64,000 bases of DNA from a virus. Below are positions 9,786 to 20,262 of the stretch, in pieces (the first letter of the stretch is position 1; the number at the start of each line of letters is the position of its first letter). Under the pieces are notes generated by a model that was not told the origin of the DNA, ran no database searches, and saw nothing but the letters and a program-made list of their open reading frames with translations. Made by a program: the position numbers and the translations under genes. The DNA lies in IMG/VR virus record IMGVR_UViG_3300029989_000005, one strand, 5' to 3'.

Positions 9786-11534
9786 ATGAGTATAATATCA
9801 ATACCAAGAAGTTATATAGTAAACAAAGATTTGGAGGATGATCTGTTTATATTCATATTAAGACTCAAAGCTGAATTCGAAAGTGGTATATTTTCAATTT
9901 ACGATTTGCCGAGACTTCAATCAAAATTACAATACAATCAACCTACACTATTAAAACTAATAAACAAAGCATTTGATTATCATTTTTTATCAAAGAATCA
10001 GATGATAGATGATTATAGCATGATAGATGATTATAGGTCTGTTATGATTGATTATGTAAAGCCTTTTTTAATTTCTTATAACTTATCAAGCGGAGATGAT
10101 ATATTAATTTTAAATGATTTTTTAACAAAATATAGCTCAATAGCTTTCAACATATCAAATTATAAAGAATTTTTACATAATTCTTTTTGTGTTGCTAAAG
10201 TAATATTGAAAAGACATACTAGAGCTAGCCTATATTTGAATACGTTTGATAAGTTATCACAAAAATCTTTCTCGTTAGAAACGGATTATAAATCTTTACA
10301 AACAATTTTACAATCCGTTGAGAATTTAATGCTTTATCTTAAATCAGATATAGTATTAAAACGTAAAATGTCGTTCTTAGAGCCATACATAAAGAAACAA
10401 TTTAACATATTATTATCAACATTCGATAATATGAATGTTGATAATTTCGGTGAGTACAGGAATAAAAATATCGAAAGGAAAAACATACAAAAAATAAACA
10501 GGTACAAAATTTTTAGGGTATCAAACAAAAAATTTTGTGATAAGTTATCAAAATTCAACAATCTAAAAAGCATGTTGAGCTTTGATAACAATATGACTAT
10601 AAAAATAAATTCCTTTAGACCAAATATAAGCCAATTAAAAGATAGAATACCAACACAGGAACACAATAAGCAAACTATAAATCAGTATGAATGGTTACAG
10701 TTATCAAATTATTCAATAGTAAAGGATTTATTGATAACACCCGAAATAAGCTACAAGCTTGATTTAGATTTTATAAAATCAAACCCATACCATTCAATAA
10801 AACGAAAATTAGCTGAAACTAGAATAATGTACGCTGTACAACATGAAAATAAAAGTATATCTTATACAGAACTTTCATCGTGTTGTAAATTAAGTAGATC
10901 AAAAACTGTTGATTTAATAAATGAAATGGTTAAGTCAAAATTGATATTTAAAAATCACTTTGACAGTATATTGGTTGAAGAAAATGTTAAATCATTTATT
11001 AAACCTAGAGGAAATTATTATATACACAACAATAATCTTTATCTTAAGCCGAAAAATGAATATGATATATTAAATCATGTTAGTACAACTTGGCAAATAG
11101 GTAAAAAAATAAAAAAGAAATACGGAAACAATAAATTGTTAAACATTTCTCTATTAGGTAATCCTTTCAAAGAGTTAAAGGAAAAATTACAAAAATTACA
11201 AAAATTAGGGAACAGGATAGAACATTTTAAAGTTAGATTTAACAATAGAACATGTTATATTTATGTAAATTTCAAAGATGTTCATTTTGAGGTGTATAAA
11301 TCCACAAAGAATACATATTACAGAAATTTCATAAATGGAACACATGTAGAAGATTACATGTTATACAAATTTCTTGGCAAAAGTTCAGTTACGATAATGT
11401 ACAGTACGAAAGATTGCGAGTCAGTAAGGTCTGAAAATAGTCAAGAAATTTTTATATCAAAGTTTTTTAATAAAAAGAGCGGAACTAATTTCTTACAAAA
11501 TAATGTAGGATTTGATTTGCTTTTCAATAAATAG
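9786..11534 (+). CDS. basic DNA-binding protein with winged-HTH, candidate replication initiator/origin-binding protein
   Basis: Lys-rich; ISYTELSSCCKLSRSKTVDLINEMVKSKLIFK wHTH-like segment; flanked by long non-coding regions. Confidence 0.45.
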   Translation: MSIISIPRSYIVNKDLEDDLFIFILRLKAEFESGIFSIYDLPRLQSKLQYNQPTLLKLINKAFDYHFLSKNQMIDDYSMIDDYRSVMIDYVKPFLISYNLSSGDDILILNDFLTKYSSIAFNISNYKEFLHNSFCVAKVILKRHTRASLYLNTFDKLSQKSFSLETDYKSLQTILQSVENLMLYLKSDIVLKRKMSFLEPYIKKQFNILLSTFDNMNVDNFGEYRNKNIERKNIQKINRYKIFRVSNKKFCDKLSKFNNLKSMLSFDNNMTIKINSFRPNISQLKDRIPTQEHNKQTINQYEWLQLSNYSIVKDLLITPEISYKLDLDFIKSNPYHSIKRKLAETRIMYAVQHENKSISYTELSSCCKLSRSKTVDLINEMVKSKLIFKNHFDSILVEENVKSFIKPRGNYYIHNNNLYLKPKNEYDILNHVSTTWQIGKKIKKKYGNNKLLNISLLGNPFKELKEKLQKLQKLGNRIEHFKVRFNNRTCYIYVNFKDVHFEVYKSTKNTYYRNFINGTHVEDYMLYKFLGKSSVTIMYSTKDCESVRSENSQEIFISKFFNKKSGTNFLQNNVGFDLLFNK

Positions 11535-11560
11535 GCAATAATTGTTTATTTAAATTTTTA

Positions 11561-11588
11561 TTCCATTGTTTCACGTGAAACAATGGAA
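11561..11588. promoter_or_regulatory. parS: parS site: perfect consensus TGTTTCACGTGAAACA (11567-11582) inside a 28-bp perfect palindrome
   Basis: TTCCAT-TGTTTCACGTGAAACA-ATGGAA; core identical to the canonical chromosomal parS consensus. Confidence 0.8.
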
Positions 11589-11729
11589 AATTCATATATT
11601 TTTTGTAATATGAGTGAACACAAATTCTATATCTGTATTCACATGTGATAACTGTTGACATAGATGACAGCACATTGACAGCAATCATTATAAGTTATAT
11701 AACATCTAAATCAAATCACCAATTGTATA

Positions 11730-11833
11730 TGATTGGGGTAAAAATTAATAATACCTTCTTATGAACTATGCCTGCTTTGCAGTCACCACTTTGTTTAGTT
11801 CTTTTCGAAGATATCACTTCATTACCCCAATCA
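11730..11833. repeat. 12-bp inverted repeat enclosing 80 nt in non-coding region
   Basis: TGATTGGGGTAA (11730-11741) / TTACCCCAATCA (11822-11833). Confidence 0.7.
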
Positions 11834-11964
11834 ACTGATTCATTTCATGAAGCAATAAGTGATTATGAAGTTGTTTTGCAAACGAAAACGATAAGATATG
11901 CTATGGATTGTATTGAAATAAGTAAAAATATTTAGAATATTGACATAAGCATCATGCACCGATG

Positions 11965-11971
11965 TAAATAA
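11965..11971 (+). promoter_or_regulatory. putative late promoter TAAATAA (T4 TATAAATA-like)
   Basis: recurs about 10-35 nt upstream of many structural genes. Confidence 0.45.
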
Positions 11972-11989
11972 TAAAATGAAGCATATTTT

Positions 11990-13615
11990 ATGAAGATCAA
12001 CGAAATATTATACTCCGACTCAGAACTTATTATAAAGTTTGGTGAGATAAAATACAAAATATTAGATTTTACACATTCTATAATAAGTTACTATATTTCA
12101 ATACCCGATATAAATATTTCCTATTCTATTTCTAAAGATGACAGGACTTATACTGATTGGATAATGGTTGAAGACACAGATTGGTATAAATCATTCGAAA
12201 AGTTCCCATTTTTCCTTAAATTAAAATTATTATATTCATCCTCAGTAGAAAGCCAAATTACCATTGAGGAAATGACATTTATAACTGATAAACCAAAACC
12301 ATATATAATAGCTCAGGGAGAATCCATTCTTTTATCGGGTGTTTCGGAAGATAATATGCTTGATTATGCTGAAATGGGTGAGGGATTAGTTAAATTGGAA
12401 ACAGACCTTAATTACTTCCTTAACAAACATAATGGTATACAAGCTATGTATTTCCATACTAATCCTGATATGTCTACAAAGGATGATTTCTTAAAAGAAT
12501 ATTCATTATACAATCTTGTTTCTAGTAAGTTAATAAAGGTTGTTGCAACAGATAATAAAACCCCTATACCAAAACATGAATTTTCTCAATGGGGAATCGA
12601 ATTCGAAAAACTTGAAATATACATTGAGAAAACATATTTTGAGGAAATGTTTGGTGTTAATGAAAATCCACGTAGTTACGATTACATTTACTTCAAGCAA
12701 TTAAACAGGATGTATTATATAGAGGATAACTATCTTGAACATGGTATAAATGAGGTTGGTAATTTTAATGTTTGTGTTCTAAAGAAGTACCAAGATATTT
12801 CCGCTATTGAAAAAGATGAAGATTCATTGGATTTCCTTAAGGAACATATAGAGGTACAAGGCTACACAGAACAGCAGAAAATGGAAATGATTGACGGTAC
12901 AAATTATCAGCAGAATATAGAGAAAGATGTTGTATATGATAATGTTAGAGAATTGGTATCCAAAAAAGTAGTAATATCAGATGATGATTTCAAATATAAT
13001 TCATCGCTAATAAGCAGCCATTTTTACGACATGACGGCTGTAACATCACAGGTTATATACAAACCAAAAGTATTTTTGGACTCAAATGGTGGTATATCTA
13101 TCATGTTTTGGATTAAACCTGTAATATTAAATGTTGGGAAACGTAACGAAAGTAAACTATCTTGTAAATTATTATCAATAGGAAATAATTTTGAGCTATA
13201 TATTAATGATAATACAAAAGATTTTAACTTAGAAATACCTCAGGATTATAATGGCTCTGTTTGCTGCGTGATATCCATTAACAATCAATTCAAAACCATA
13301 TCAAAATTCATATATGGTATTACAGCCAACGGATTACAAAGGATTGATTATACCAACAATACCATACAAAACGAAATCTTATTCACAAATAGCATAGTTC
13401 AATTATATGAAGGTAACTATTATATAAGGTGTATAAGATTAAGTAATTATGTAATACAAGAGCAATTTCATCAATATATAATGCTAACAAAAAATGTCAA
13501 GAAAGCATCAGCATTTACCATTATTGATGATTGTGAACCAATTACAAACTTAAGGAAAATTAAAAAATCTTCATTCCCTGAACTTAATAAAGAAACCTTT
13601 GGTGATGTAATATAA
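11990..13615 (+). CDS. neck/head-closure protein gp14-like with C-terminal LamG-like beta domain
   Basis: FSQWGIEFE...IEKTYFEEMFG...PRSYDYIYFKQLNRMYYI resembles T4 gp14; ISIMFWIKP is LamG-like. Confidence 0.65.
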   Translation: MKINEILYSDSELIIKFGEIKYKILDFTHSIISYYISIPDINISYSISKDDRTYTDWIMVEDTDWYKSFEKFPFFLKLKLLYSSSVESQITIEEMTFITDKPKPYIIAQGESILLSGVSEDNMLDYAEMGEGLVKLETDLNYFLNKHNGIQAMYFHTNPDMSTKDDFLKEYSLYNLVSSKLIKVVATDNKTPIPKHEFSQWGIEFEKLEIYIEKTYFEEMFGVNENPRSYDYIYFKQLNRMYYIEDNYLEHGINEVGNFNVCVLKKYQDISAIEKDEDSLDFLKEHIEVQGYTEQQKMEMIDGTNYQQNIEKDVVYDNVRELVSKKVVISDDDFKYNSSLISSHFYDMTAVTSQVIYKPKVFLDSNGGISIMFWIKPVILNVGKRNESKLSCKLLSIGNNFELYINDNTKDFNLEIPQDYNGSVCCVISINNQFKTISKFIYGITANGLQRIDYTNNTIQNEILFTNSIVQLYEGNYYIRCIRLSNYVIQEQFHQYIMLTKNVKKASAFTIIDDCEPITNLRKIKKSSFPELNKETFGDVI

Positions 13616-13664
13616 TAAAACGATATATTCCTTAATTTACGGGATATATTTCCCTTATATTCTA

Positions 13665-14057
13665 ATGTATGTAAACATATTAAAACAATATAAAATGAAA
13701 AAATTATCAAGAAACGTAATTATATTAATTATATTAAGTACCGTGTTAAGTACCGTACTTATTATCATGTCAACAATGTATTTTAGAACCTCTTCTACTC
13801 TTAAAGATAGTAATGCTTTTATTAAGGATAAGGAATCTGAAATATCCGTTAGAAATGTTATTATCAAGAAATTTGAATCTGTTAATGACAGCATTATCAA
13901 TTCAAATAAAATATTGACTCTTCGAATTGATAGCCTAAAATTGGTAAAGCACAATATATACATTACTCCAACCAAACAAATATCTGATACACCTGAACAG
14001 GCATACAAAGAAATGATTAAAGAACTTAATAAATACAGAGATGAAAAAAGTAAGTAA
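13665..14057 (+). CDS. putative inner-membrane spanin-like lysis protein
   Basis: N-terminal TM plus coiled coil; overlaps the next membrane ORF. Confidence 0.4.
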   Translation: MYVNILKQYKMKKLSRNVIILIILSTVLSTVLIIMSTMYFRTSSTLKDSNAFIKDKESEISVRNVIIKKFESVNDSIINSNKILTLRIDSLKLVKHNIYITPTKQISDTPEQAYKEMIKELNKYRDEKSK

Positions 14058-14454
14058 ATTTATAATGCTTTCAGTGATAATAATATTATCTCAGTCAGCA
14101 TTATCTCAGTCAAGGAATTGTGACAGCATAAAAAATGTTAAGTTAACAATTTGTGATATGGATGACATTACAACAGTTTTCCGTGACAGAAGTAAGTTTA
14201 TAAAATTGAACTCAGTGAATGATTCAATATTTGTTAATGATTCAACTTTGATTTCCAATTATAAGAGAGAAATCAAAAACGATTCAGAAATAATATTGAA
14301 CTTAAAGAAAAATAGTGTAGATGATAATCTTATAATAGACAATCAGAAAACTGTGATTAAATCTGAGCAAAAGAAAACTTTGTTTTGGAAATCAACAACC
14401 TATATAAGCGGTGTTGCCGCTACTGTTTTTTTAATTCTTACTTTATTAAAATAA
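14041..14454 (+). CDS. putative spanin-like partner (signal peptide, coiled coil, C-terminal TM)
   Basis: N-terminal signal-like segment, C-terminal ISGVAATVFLILTLLK. Confidence 0.4.
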   Translation: MKKVSKFIMLSVIIILSQSALSQSRNCDSIKNVKLTICDMDDITTVFRDRSKFIKLNSVNDSIFVNDSTLISNYKREIKNDSEIILNLKKNSVDDNLIIDNQKTVIKSEQKKTLFWKSTTYISGVAATVFLILTLLK

Positions 14455-14455
14455 A

Positions 14456-15823
14456 ATGTCAAAATTCAAATCAATATCCCCAATAGATAGTAGATACCGT
14501 AAGGATGGTGTTATGCGTGAACTATGTTCATACGAGAATCAGATAAACACAAAAATTTATTCTGAATTTCAATGGTTTCTCTTTCTTTGTGAAATTAATG
14601 GTATACCACCAAGTAATTCACAACTTAATGAGCTATATTCACACCTTTTTAACAACTTAGAAAAATTTAATGCTTTTGAAAAAATAACAAAGCATGATAT
14701 AAAAGCTGTTGAATATTATGTAAAATCTGTTGCTCAAAGTTCTGATTTTTACACATCAAAATCAGAACTTGAGGGTATAAAAATTATATCATACATACAT
14801 TTTGGTCTTACAAGTCAAGATATAGTAAGCCTATCATCAAATTCACTTTTTTCAAATATTTCTAATGAATTGATATTTAACATTACAATGTTATTGGACT
14901 CGTTACATAAAGTATTTTGTGAAAATTCTGTATTAATGATTGGATTCACTCACGGACAACCCGCTGTACCAATAAATTCAAAATTAATATACAAAAACTA
15001 TAATAGTAGAATCTCATCTTTACTCACCAATCTGACTAATATACAACCAAGTGTTAAGTTTGGTGGTGCTGTTGGTAATAATTCATCTATGAAACTAATA
15101 GGTATTACCAACATAGATGAATTAATGGATAAATTTATTAATGGGTTTACATCATTGAACTTGAGTGTAAATATGTCATTAAAACGTTCTGAGAATACTA
15201 CTCAAGTTGATAATTGGGTATATTTGGTTGATTTACTTAAAGAATATTTACAACTTGCATCAATATGTATTGATTTATGCCGAGATTTATGGCATTATTG
15301 TTCAATAGGATATTTGTATCAAAGTAAAGATGATGGTCAAATTGGTTCATCAACGATGGTTCAAAAAACTAATCCAATAGATTTCGAAAATTGTGAGGGT
15401 ATAATGGAAAAGATGGAATCTGATTTTTCATTTTATATCAAGAAATTTTCGAAATCAAGATTACAACGTGACCTGACTGATTCTGTTGCTATTAGAATGG
15501 TATTTGAAAGTTTCGCAATGTTTGATGTTGCCATAAATTCTTTACGTAGAGGCTTGTCTAAAACATCATTAAATGAAGAATTTATAACCAAAGAATTAGA
15601 TAATCATTATGAAATGTCAGCTGAATATCTGCAGCTATTCATGAAAAATGCGGGATTACCCGACGCTTATGAAACAATATTCAATCGTCTGAAAGATACA
15701 AAGTTGACAGATAAACTTAGCTACAGAAATTTTATTATTAAGCTTTATTCTGATTGTGTAATTAATAAGATAATGTATGATAAACTTATAAACTTTGACC
15801 TTAATGATTATAAAACATTTTAA
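14456..15823 (+). CDS. purB: adenylosuccinate lyase
   Basis: ISPIDSRY, TKHDIKAVEY, HFGLTSQDI, THGQPA, GSSTMVQKTNPIDFENCEG, SRLQRDLTDS. Confidence 0.95.
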   Translation: MSKFKSISPIDSRYRKDGVMRELCSYENQINTKIYSEFQWFLFLCEINGIPPSNSQLNELYSHLFNNLEKFNAFEKITKHDIKAVEYYVKSVAQSSDFYTSKSELEGIKIISYIHFGLTSQDIVSLSSNSLFSNISNELIFNITMLLDSLHKVFCENSVLMIGFTHGQPAVPINSKLIYKNYNSRISSLLTNLTNIQPSVKFGGAVGNNSSMKLIGITNIDELMDKFINGFTSLNLSVNMSLKRSENTTQVDNWVYLVDLLKEYLQLASICIDLCRDLWHYCSIGYLYQSKDDGQIGSSTMVQKTNPIDFENCEGIMEKMESDFSFYIKKFSKSRLQRDLTDSVAIRMVFESFAMFDVAINSLRRGLSKTSLNEEFITKELDNHYEMSAEYLQLFMKNAGLPDAYETIFNRLKDTKLTDKLSYRNFIIKLYSDCVINKIMYDKLINFDLNDYKTF

Positions 15824-15835
15824 TATCAACTGATT

Positions 15836-16057
15836 ATGATTATTATTATATTATTGTTAGGAATTTTTATATTTATACCATTTATATCCACGTTTGTTTT
15901 GGGTTCTATAATTCTTTATAATGATTTATTTCATAATATACCATATAAAGAATTATACAAAATAAATAAAGCTTTCAAGACCTCATATATATTTTTCTTA
16001 TCATCATTAATTGTATTTATTATTATCATTTTATTTTTAAATAAAATAAAATTGTAA
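15836..16057 (+). CDS. small 2-TM membrane protein
   Basis: two hydrophobic segments; coupled to neighbours. Confidence 0.5.
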   Translation: MIIIILLLGIFIFIPFISTFVLGSIILYNDLFHNIPYKELYKINKAFKTSYIFFLSSLIVFIIIILFLNKIKL

Positions 16058-16758
16058 TGGTTACGCAGAAAGCTATTTCACCAATAACATATTTCTCAAT
16101 AGAAACTAGACAGGAGATTGAAATTAATGCTGATAAAATTATAGACTTTACAGATCAAATTTTTTCAAGCAAAAAGGCGGTTAATTTCAATCATAATGGA
16201 ACTTTTATTATATCACCCGAATTTGAAGGTAAGCCAAATTTGGTATCATATGCATTATATACAGATCAAAATGTTGCCGATATAATGATGTTTTATAGTG
16301 AAATAAGCAATCCATTTTCTATTTCATCTGATATGATTGTTATGATGCCTGATATTTCTGATGCTGTTGGTGCTGTGAATTCTCAATCATCTGAGGTAAC
16401 AAAGAAGAAAAAGAATAAATCGCAAATAGAATTTGCGAAGAACATTAATGTTCAAGACAAAAAGCGTGTTATGGAACTGATAAGACAAAGTAACCCATCT
16501 AGCGTTACTTTATCAGACATATCCAATATAAATGATGCGGGAATTAATACAAAAACAGGTAAGGTATCAACATTAGATGATTATATAAAATCACCCAACA
16601 TGACAACATCTGATCAACTTAAGATAATTGATGGGAAAGTTATATTGGGTGCTAATGTAAGTAGTAAAAAATGCTCTGATTCAGCAACAAAATCTCAGGG
16701 CTTATCAACATCAATAAGGCAATCAATACTTGCTAAAATAAAAACAGGTGAAATTTAA
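16057..16758 (+). CDS. baseplate wedge protein gp53-like (LysM-like)
   Basis: EGKPNLVSYALY...IMMFYSEISNPFSI motif. Confidence 0.6.
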   Translation: MVTQKAISPITYFSIETRQEIEINADKIIDFTDQIFSSKKAVNFNHNGTFIISPEFEGKPNLVSYALYTDQNVADIMMFYSEISNPFSISSDMIVMMPDISDAVGAVNSQSSEVTKKKKNKSQIEFAKNINVQDKKRVMELIRQSNPSSVTLSDISNINDAGINTKTGKVSTLDDYIKSPNMTTSDQLKIIDGKVILGANVSSKKCSDSATKSQGLSTSIRQSILAKIKTGEI

Positions 16759-16761
16759 ATT

Positions 16762-17199
16762 TTATTTTGATGTTCTTCCGTAATAAAACTCCAAAGTACT
16801 CTTGATGGATTTTCTAACATCCTCCATATCCAAATTGTTTATTATTATATCAATAATTTCCTCTTGCTTTAAATCCTGTTCGAACAAATCTAATAAAAAT
16901 TTAAATGTTTTTTTATCGTAAACCTGTAGATTTATTGTAGACTTTAAAGGAATCTTTGACTTCCTAGATAAAATTTCTATAATTGTGCTTTCAACCTTTG
17001 GTGTATTTTTTGTAAATTCCGATTTAATCATATTTATTCCCTCTTGCCTCACAGGTCTGTCTTTCGGCTTCAACATTATATTATCTACCTTTGTTGAGTT
17101 ATCTGTAACTGATATCTCACTAGTGGCTTTTAATATACCTTCCAATTCGGGGTCAAAAAAATTACTATCTTCTGTTTTAGTGCTTTCAGGGGTGTCCAT
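16762..17199 (-). CDS. hypothetical protein
   Basis: ORF fills gap; no recognised motif. Confidence 0.55.
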   Translation of the reverse strand: MDTPESTKTEDSNFFDPELEGILKATSEISVTDNSTKVDNIMLKPKDRPVRQEGINMIKSEFTKNTPKVESTIIEILSRKSKIPLKSTINLQVYDKKTFKFLLDLFEQDLKQEEIIDIIINNLDMEDVRKSIKSTLEFYYGRTSK

Positions 17200-17252
17200 A
17201 ATTTTTATACGTTTATATGTTTATATGCTTAATTAAGTTATGTTTTCATGAT

Positions 17253-17281
17253 TTGATACTATTGTAATAACGTGAATATAA
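17253..17281 (+). promoter_or_regulatory. sigma70-like phage promoter TTGATA-N17-ATATAA (gp47-purZ operon)
   Basis: recurring motif. Confidence 0.6.
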
Positions 17282-17298
17282 ATGTATAAAACAATAAT

Positions 17299-18429
17299 AT
17301 GATTACAATACCCGATATAAATATTGTTATAGGTGATTTACATTTTGGTAGATATAGCAATGATCTGAAAGAGTTAGAAATATCACTTAACTATTTTAGA
17401 AAATTTATTTTGCCGATTCTTGATAAGTTGAATAAAGCATATGGTGCTGAAAATGTTGGTATAATACAAGTTGGTGATGTATATGATAACAGATCATTAA
17501 TTTCAACCGAAATACAAGATTCAATACTCGATACGTTCGAAAAAATTTCTGAGCACAATATTGTTGTTGTTGATACGGGTAATCATGATAAGTTTAATCA
17601 AACAATAACAACAAATCGTGTGCTATCATACATAAGTAACTGTATTGTTGTAAGACAGCCTACAAGATTTTTAACAAAAAGCGGTAAAAAGGTATCATTC
17701 ATCCCCGCAATTGAAAATAAAGATGGATTAGCTGAGGTTATATCAAACGATGAATACGCTGATTATATGTTTGGTCATGATGATATAGCGGGATTTTCTC
17801 ATGAAGGAATTATGGTAACCGAGGAAAAATCTATTAATATGTCACATTTTTCCAAGTATAAGCATGCTATCATCGGTCACATCCACAAGCCACAAGAGAA
17901 CAAAAATATAGTTTATGTTGGTGCAGCATATCACACAAGGAAAAATGAGTGGGAAAACAAACCACAGATTATGATAATAAATATTGCCGATGAATCATTT
18001 AAATATATAGAAAATAATGTATCACCAAAATATTTAAATGTATATCTTCCCGATTTATTGGATATGACTGTTACCGATGCAAATGATTTAATTAAAAATA
18101 ACAGGGTTTCCGTGTTTGTTGATGATTTTAATAGAATAAGTACAGTAAAGATAACTGAATTTCTTACAGGTTACTATTCACTTAAATATGAACAAAAAGT
18201 TGGTAAAATATATTCACAGAATGAAATAACTAATTCTGATGAAAATGTTGATTTTGATATAAATGATGATATCAAAGATATTATGTCAGAATACGTTACA
18301 TCATTAGATTCTGTGATTATAGATAAGAAGCTAATTCAAATTTCAGCGGTAACAAAGGATAAAATTATAAATAACCTTAACAAATTATATGAAATATCTA
18401 AAGACAATGTGAAAATGTTGGATATATAA
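17299..18429 (+). CDS. gp47/SbcD/Mre11-like metallophosphoesterase nuclease
   Basis: GDLHFG, GDVYDNR, GNHD, GHIH motifs. Confidence 0.9.
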   Translation: MITIPDINIVIGDLHFGRYSNDLKELEISLNYFRKFILPILDKLNKAYGAENVGIIQVGDVYDNRSLISTEIQDSILDTFEKISEHNIVVVDTGNHDKFNQTITTNRVLSYISNCIVVRQPTRFLTKSGKKVSFIPAIENKDGLAEVISNDEYADYMFGHDDIAGFSHEGIMVTEEKSINMSHFSKYKHAIIGHIHKPQENKNIVYVGAAYHTRKNEWENKPQIMIINIADESFKYIENNVSPKYLNVYLPDLLDMTVTDANDLIKNNRVSVFVDDFNRISTVKITEFLTGYYSLKYEQKVGKIYSQNEITNSDENVDFDINDDIKDIMSEYVTSLDSVIIDKKLIQISAVTKDKIINNLNKLYEISKDNVKMLDI

Positions 18430-18472
18430 AAAGGAAAATTAACCATTATTAAACCATTTATTAATTACAGCT

Positions 18473-18838
18473 ATGCAAGAACTTATTAACAAATTAGCCA
18501 ATTTAAAAAACGGTTTACAAGTCAAGAAATCTTTTAATACTCTCGATGAAATTTACAATAAAACGTATTTTACAGAGATGGTTAAGCATTTTGACACCAC
18601 CATTTCTGAAATTTCTGAAGGTGTAGTAAACCGTTCTACCATTTCTCTGAAAATATTGGAGTATACATCATTAATTGATGAATTAATTGAAAAACGTAAG
18701 AAAATCGAGAATTTTAACGACAAAAATTCCACTATGGAAAGATCAAAGATCACGTCATACATTGATTTTTTAACTCAGCTCAAGGATGTTTTTAATGAAG
18801 AACTTGGTGAAGAATTAAAAGACACTTATAAAAATTAA
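18473..18838 (+). CDS. hypothetical helical protein
   Basis: ORF between gp47 and purZ. Confidence 0.55.
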   Translation: MQELINKLANLKNGLQVKKSFNTLDEIYNKTYFTEMVKHFDTTISEISEGVVNRSTISLKILEYTSLIDELIEKRKKIENFNDKNSTMERSKITSYIDFLTQLKDVFNEELGEELKDTYKN

Positions 18839-18841
18839 TAT

Positions 18842-20245
18842 ATGTCACATTCAAAAACGCTTTTTAACCCCTTTTTTAAAGAAGGGAAAATTTCATTCAT
18901 TATGGATGGGTTCGCTGGGAGTAGTGGAAAGGGTCTTTTAGCATCAAATTTGGTAAAATACAGCAATAATTGTAATTTTGCTGTTTCAACCAATGGTCAA
19001 AATGCATCTCATTATTATGAGGAAAAATTTCCTGATGGTACAGAAAAAATTATTTTATTCAAAGTACTTCCTACATCATCTGTTTATCATGAAAAACTTG
19101 ATGCAGTATATGTTGCTCAGGGTGCTGCCTTTGAACCTCAAAGATTGCTTGAGGAAATTGAACTTACAGGTATACCACGTGGCAAGGTAAGAATTCATTA
19201 CAAGGCGGGGATTATTTCCAAGCAAGACAGAGATTTTGAATCAGGTGTTTGTAATTACGAGGGTAAAGTTAACGAGGAACGCCAAAAGGGAACAGTTACC
19301 TCAGGTACAACCGCTAGCGGTGCGGGTTCTGTACGTGCCAAAAAATGTATGAGAAATCCTGATCAAAGGATTTATGCATATGAATATCCTGAATTACAGG
19401 ATTTTTTGTGTGATACAGAACGTGAAATTATGGACAGACTTGATGCGGGTCAGTCAGGGCTTTTCGAAATTGCTCAGGGCTTTGCATTATCAAGTGGACT
19501 TTCATACAGTAAACGTAACACAACGGCACGTAACTGCTCAATTACTGCAGCCATGGATGATGCAATGATTCCACCATTTTATGCGGGTAACGTATTTATT
19601 AACTTGCGTACATTCCCTATTAAAATAAACAATAAAAAGTGGGTTTTAAAAGGTGGTATTCAATATTATACTACAAATGAACTATCATTATCTGAGGTTA
19701 AGGCAAGATTTGATGAAAGGTTGTTTAATTTCGAAGATAATGAAGATTATTTGGTAAAAGTCATAACCAAAAAGGATATTTTCCTTACGGGATTTGATTT
19801 GGAAAAATACCCAAATATTCCATATGACGAAATTGATTCTTATTCTGGCGATTGGTATAGAAATGGATGGGAAAAACCCGAAACACAGGAAGAACTTACT
19901 TGGGAACAGGTTGAGGCTCAATATGGTGGTGTGATTGATAAAAAAGCAATTTATACATCGCTTACTCTTATGCCAAGGAGAGTAGCCACATTCTCAAAAG
20001 AATTGCTTGTTGATGCAATAAGATATAACAGACCATCTAAAGATTCTGAAATTTTTCTATCTTTAAATTTCTGTAATTGGCTTGATAAGGAGATTGAGGG
20101 TAAAACCAAATTAACTGATACTACTCACAAAGTAATTGAGTGGCTTGAAAGCAATTTTGATGTTATCGATGAATTTGATAACGTATCACTTTCAATACTT
20201 GGAACAGGTAAATGGGTTGGAGAATTTATTAGCTTTCCAAGATAA
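18842..20245 (+). CDS. purZ: PurZ-like 2-amino-deoxyadenylosuccinate synthetase (adenylosuccinate synthetase family)
   Basis: DGFAGSSGKG (Ser at PurA Asp13), NASH, KVLP, EIAQGFALS, RTFPIK, QEELTWEQ, TSLTLMPRRVATFS, LNFCNWL (NFxN instead of TKLD). Confidence 0.75.
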   Translation: MSHSKTLFNPFFKEGKISFIMDGFAGSSGKGLLASNLVKYSNNCNFAVSTNGQNASHYYEEKFPDGTEKIILFKVLPTSSVYHEKLDAVYVAQGAAFEPQRLLEEIELTGIPRGKVRIHYKAGIISKQDRDFESGVCNYEGKVNEERQKGTVTSGTTASGAGSVRAKKCMRNPDQRIYAYEYPELQDFLCDTEREIMDRLDAGQSGLFEIAQGFALSSGLSYSKRNTTARNCSITAAMDDAMIPPFYAGNVFINLRTFPIKINNKKWVLKGGIQYYTTNELSLSEVKARFDERLFNFEDNEDYLVKVITKKDIFLTGFDLEKYPNIPYDEIDSYSGDWYRNGWEKPETQEELTWEQVEAQYGGVIDKKAIYTSLTLMPRRVATFSKELLVDAIRYNRPSKDSEIFLSLNFCNWLDKEIEGKTKLTDTTHKVIEWLESNFDVIDEFDNVSLSILGTGKWVGEFISFPR

Positions 20246-20262
20246 TACCTATTGATTATACT

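Noticed and set aside
18842-20245. Canonical PurA
   Set aside because: Lacks GDEGKG Asp, Arg303 and TKLD; motifs fit PurZ better (not proven without assay).
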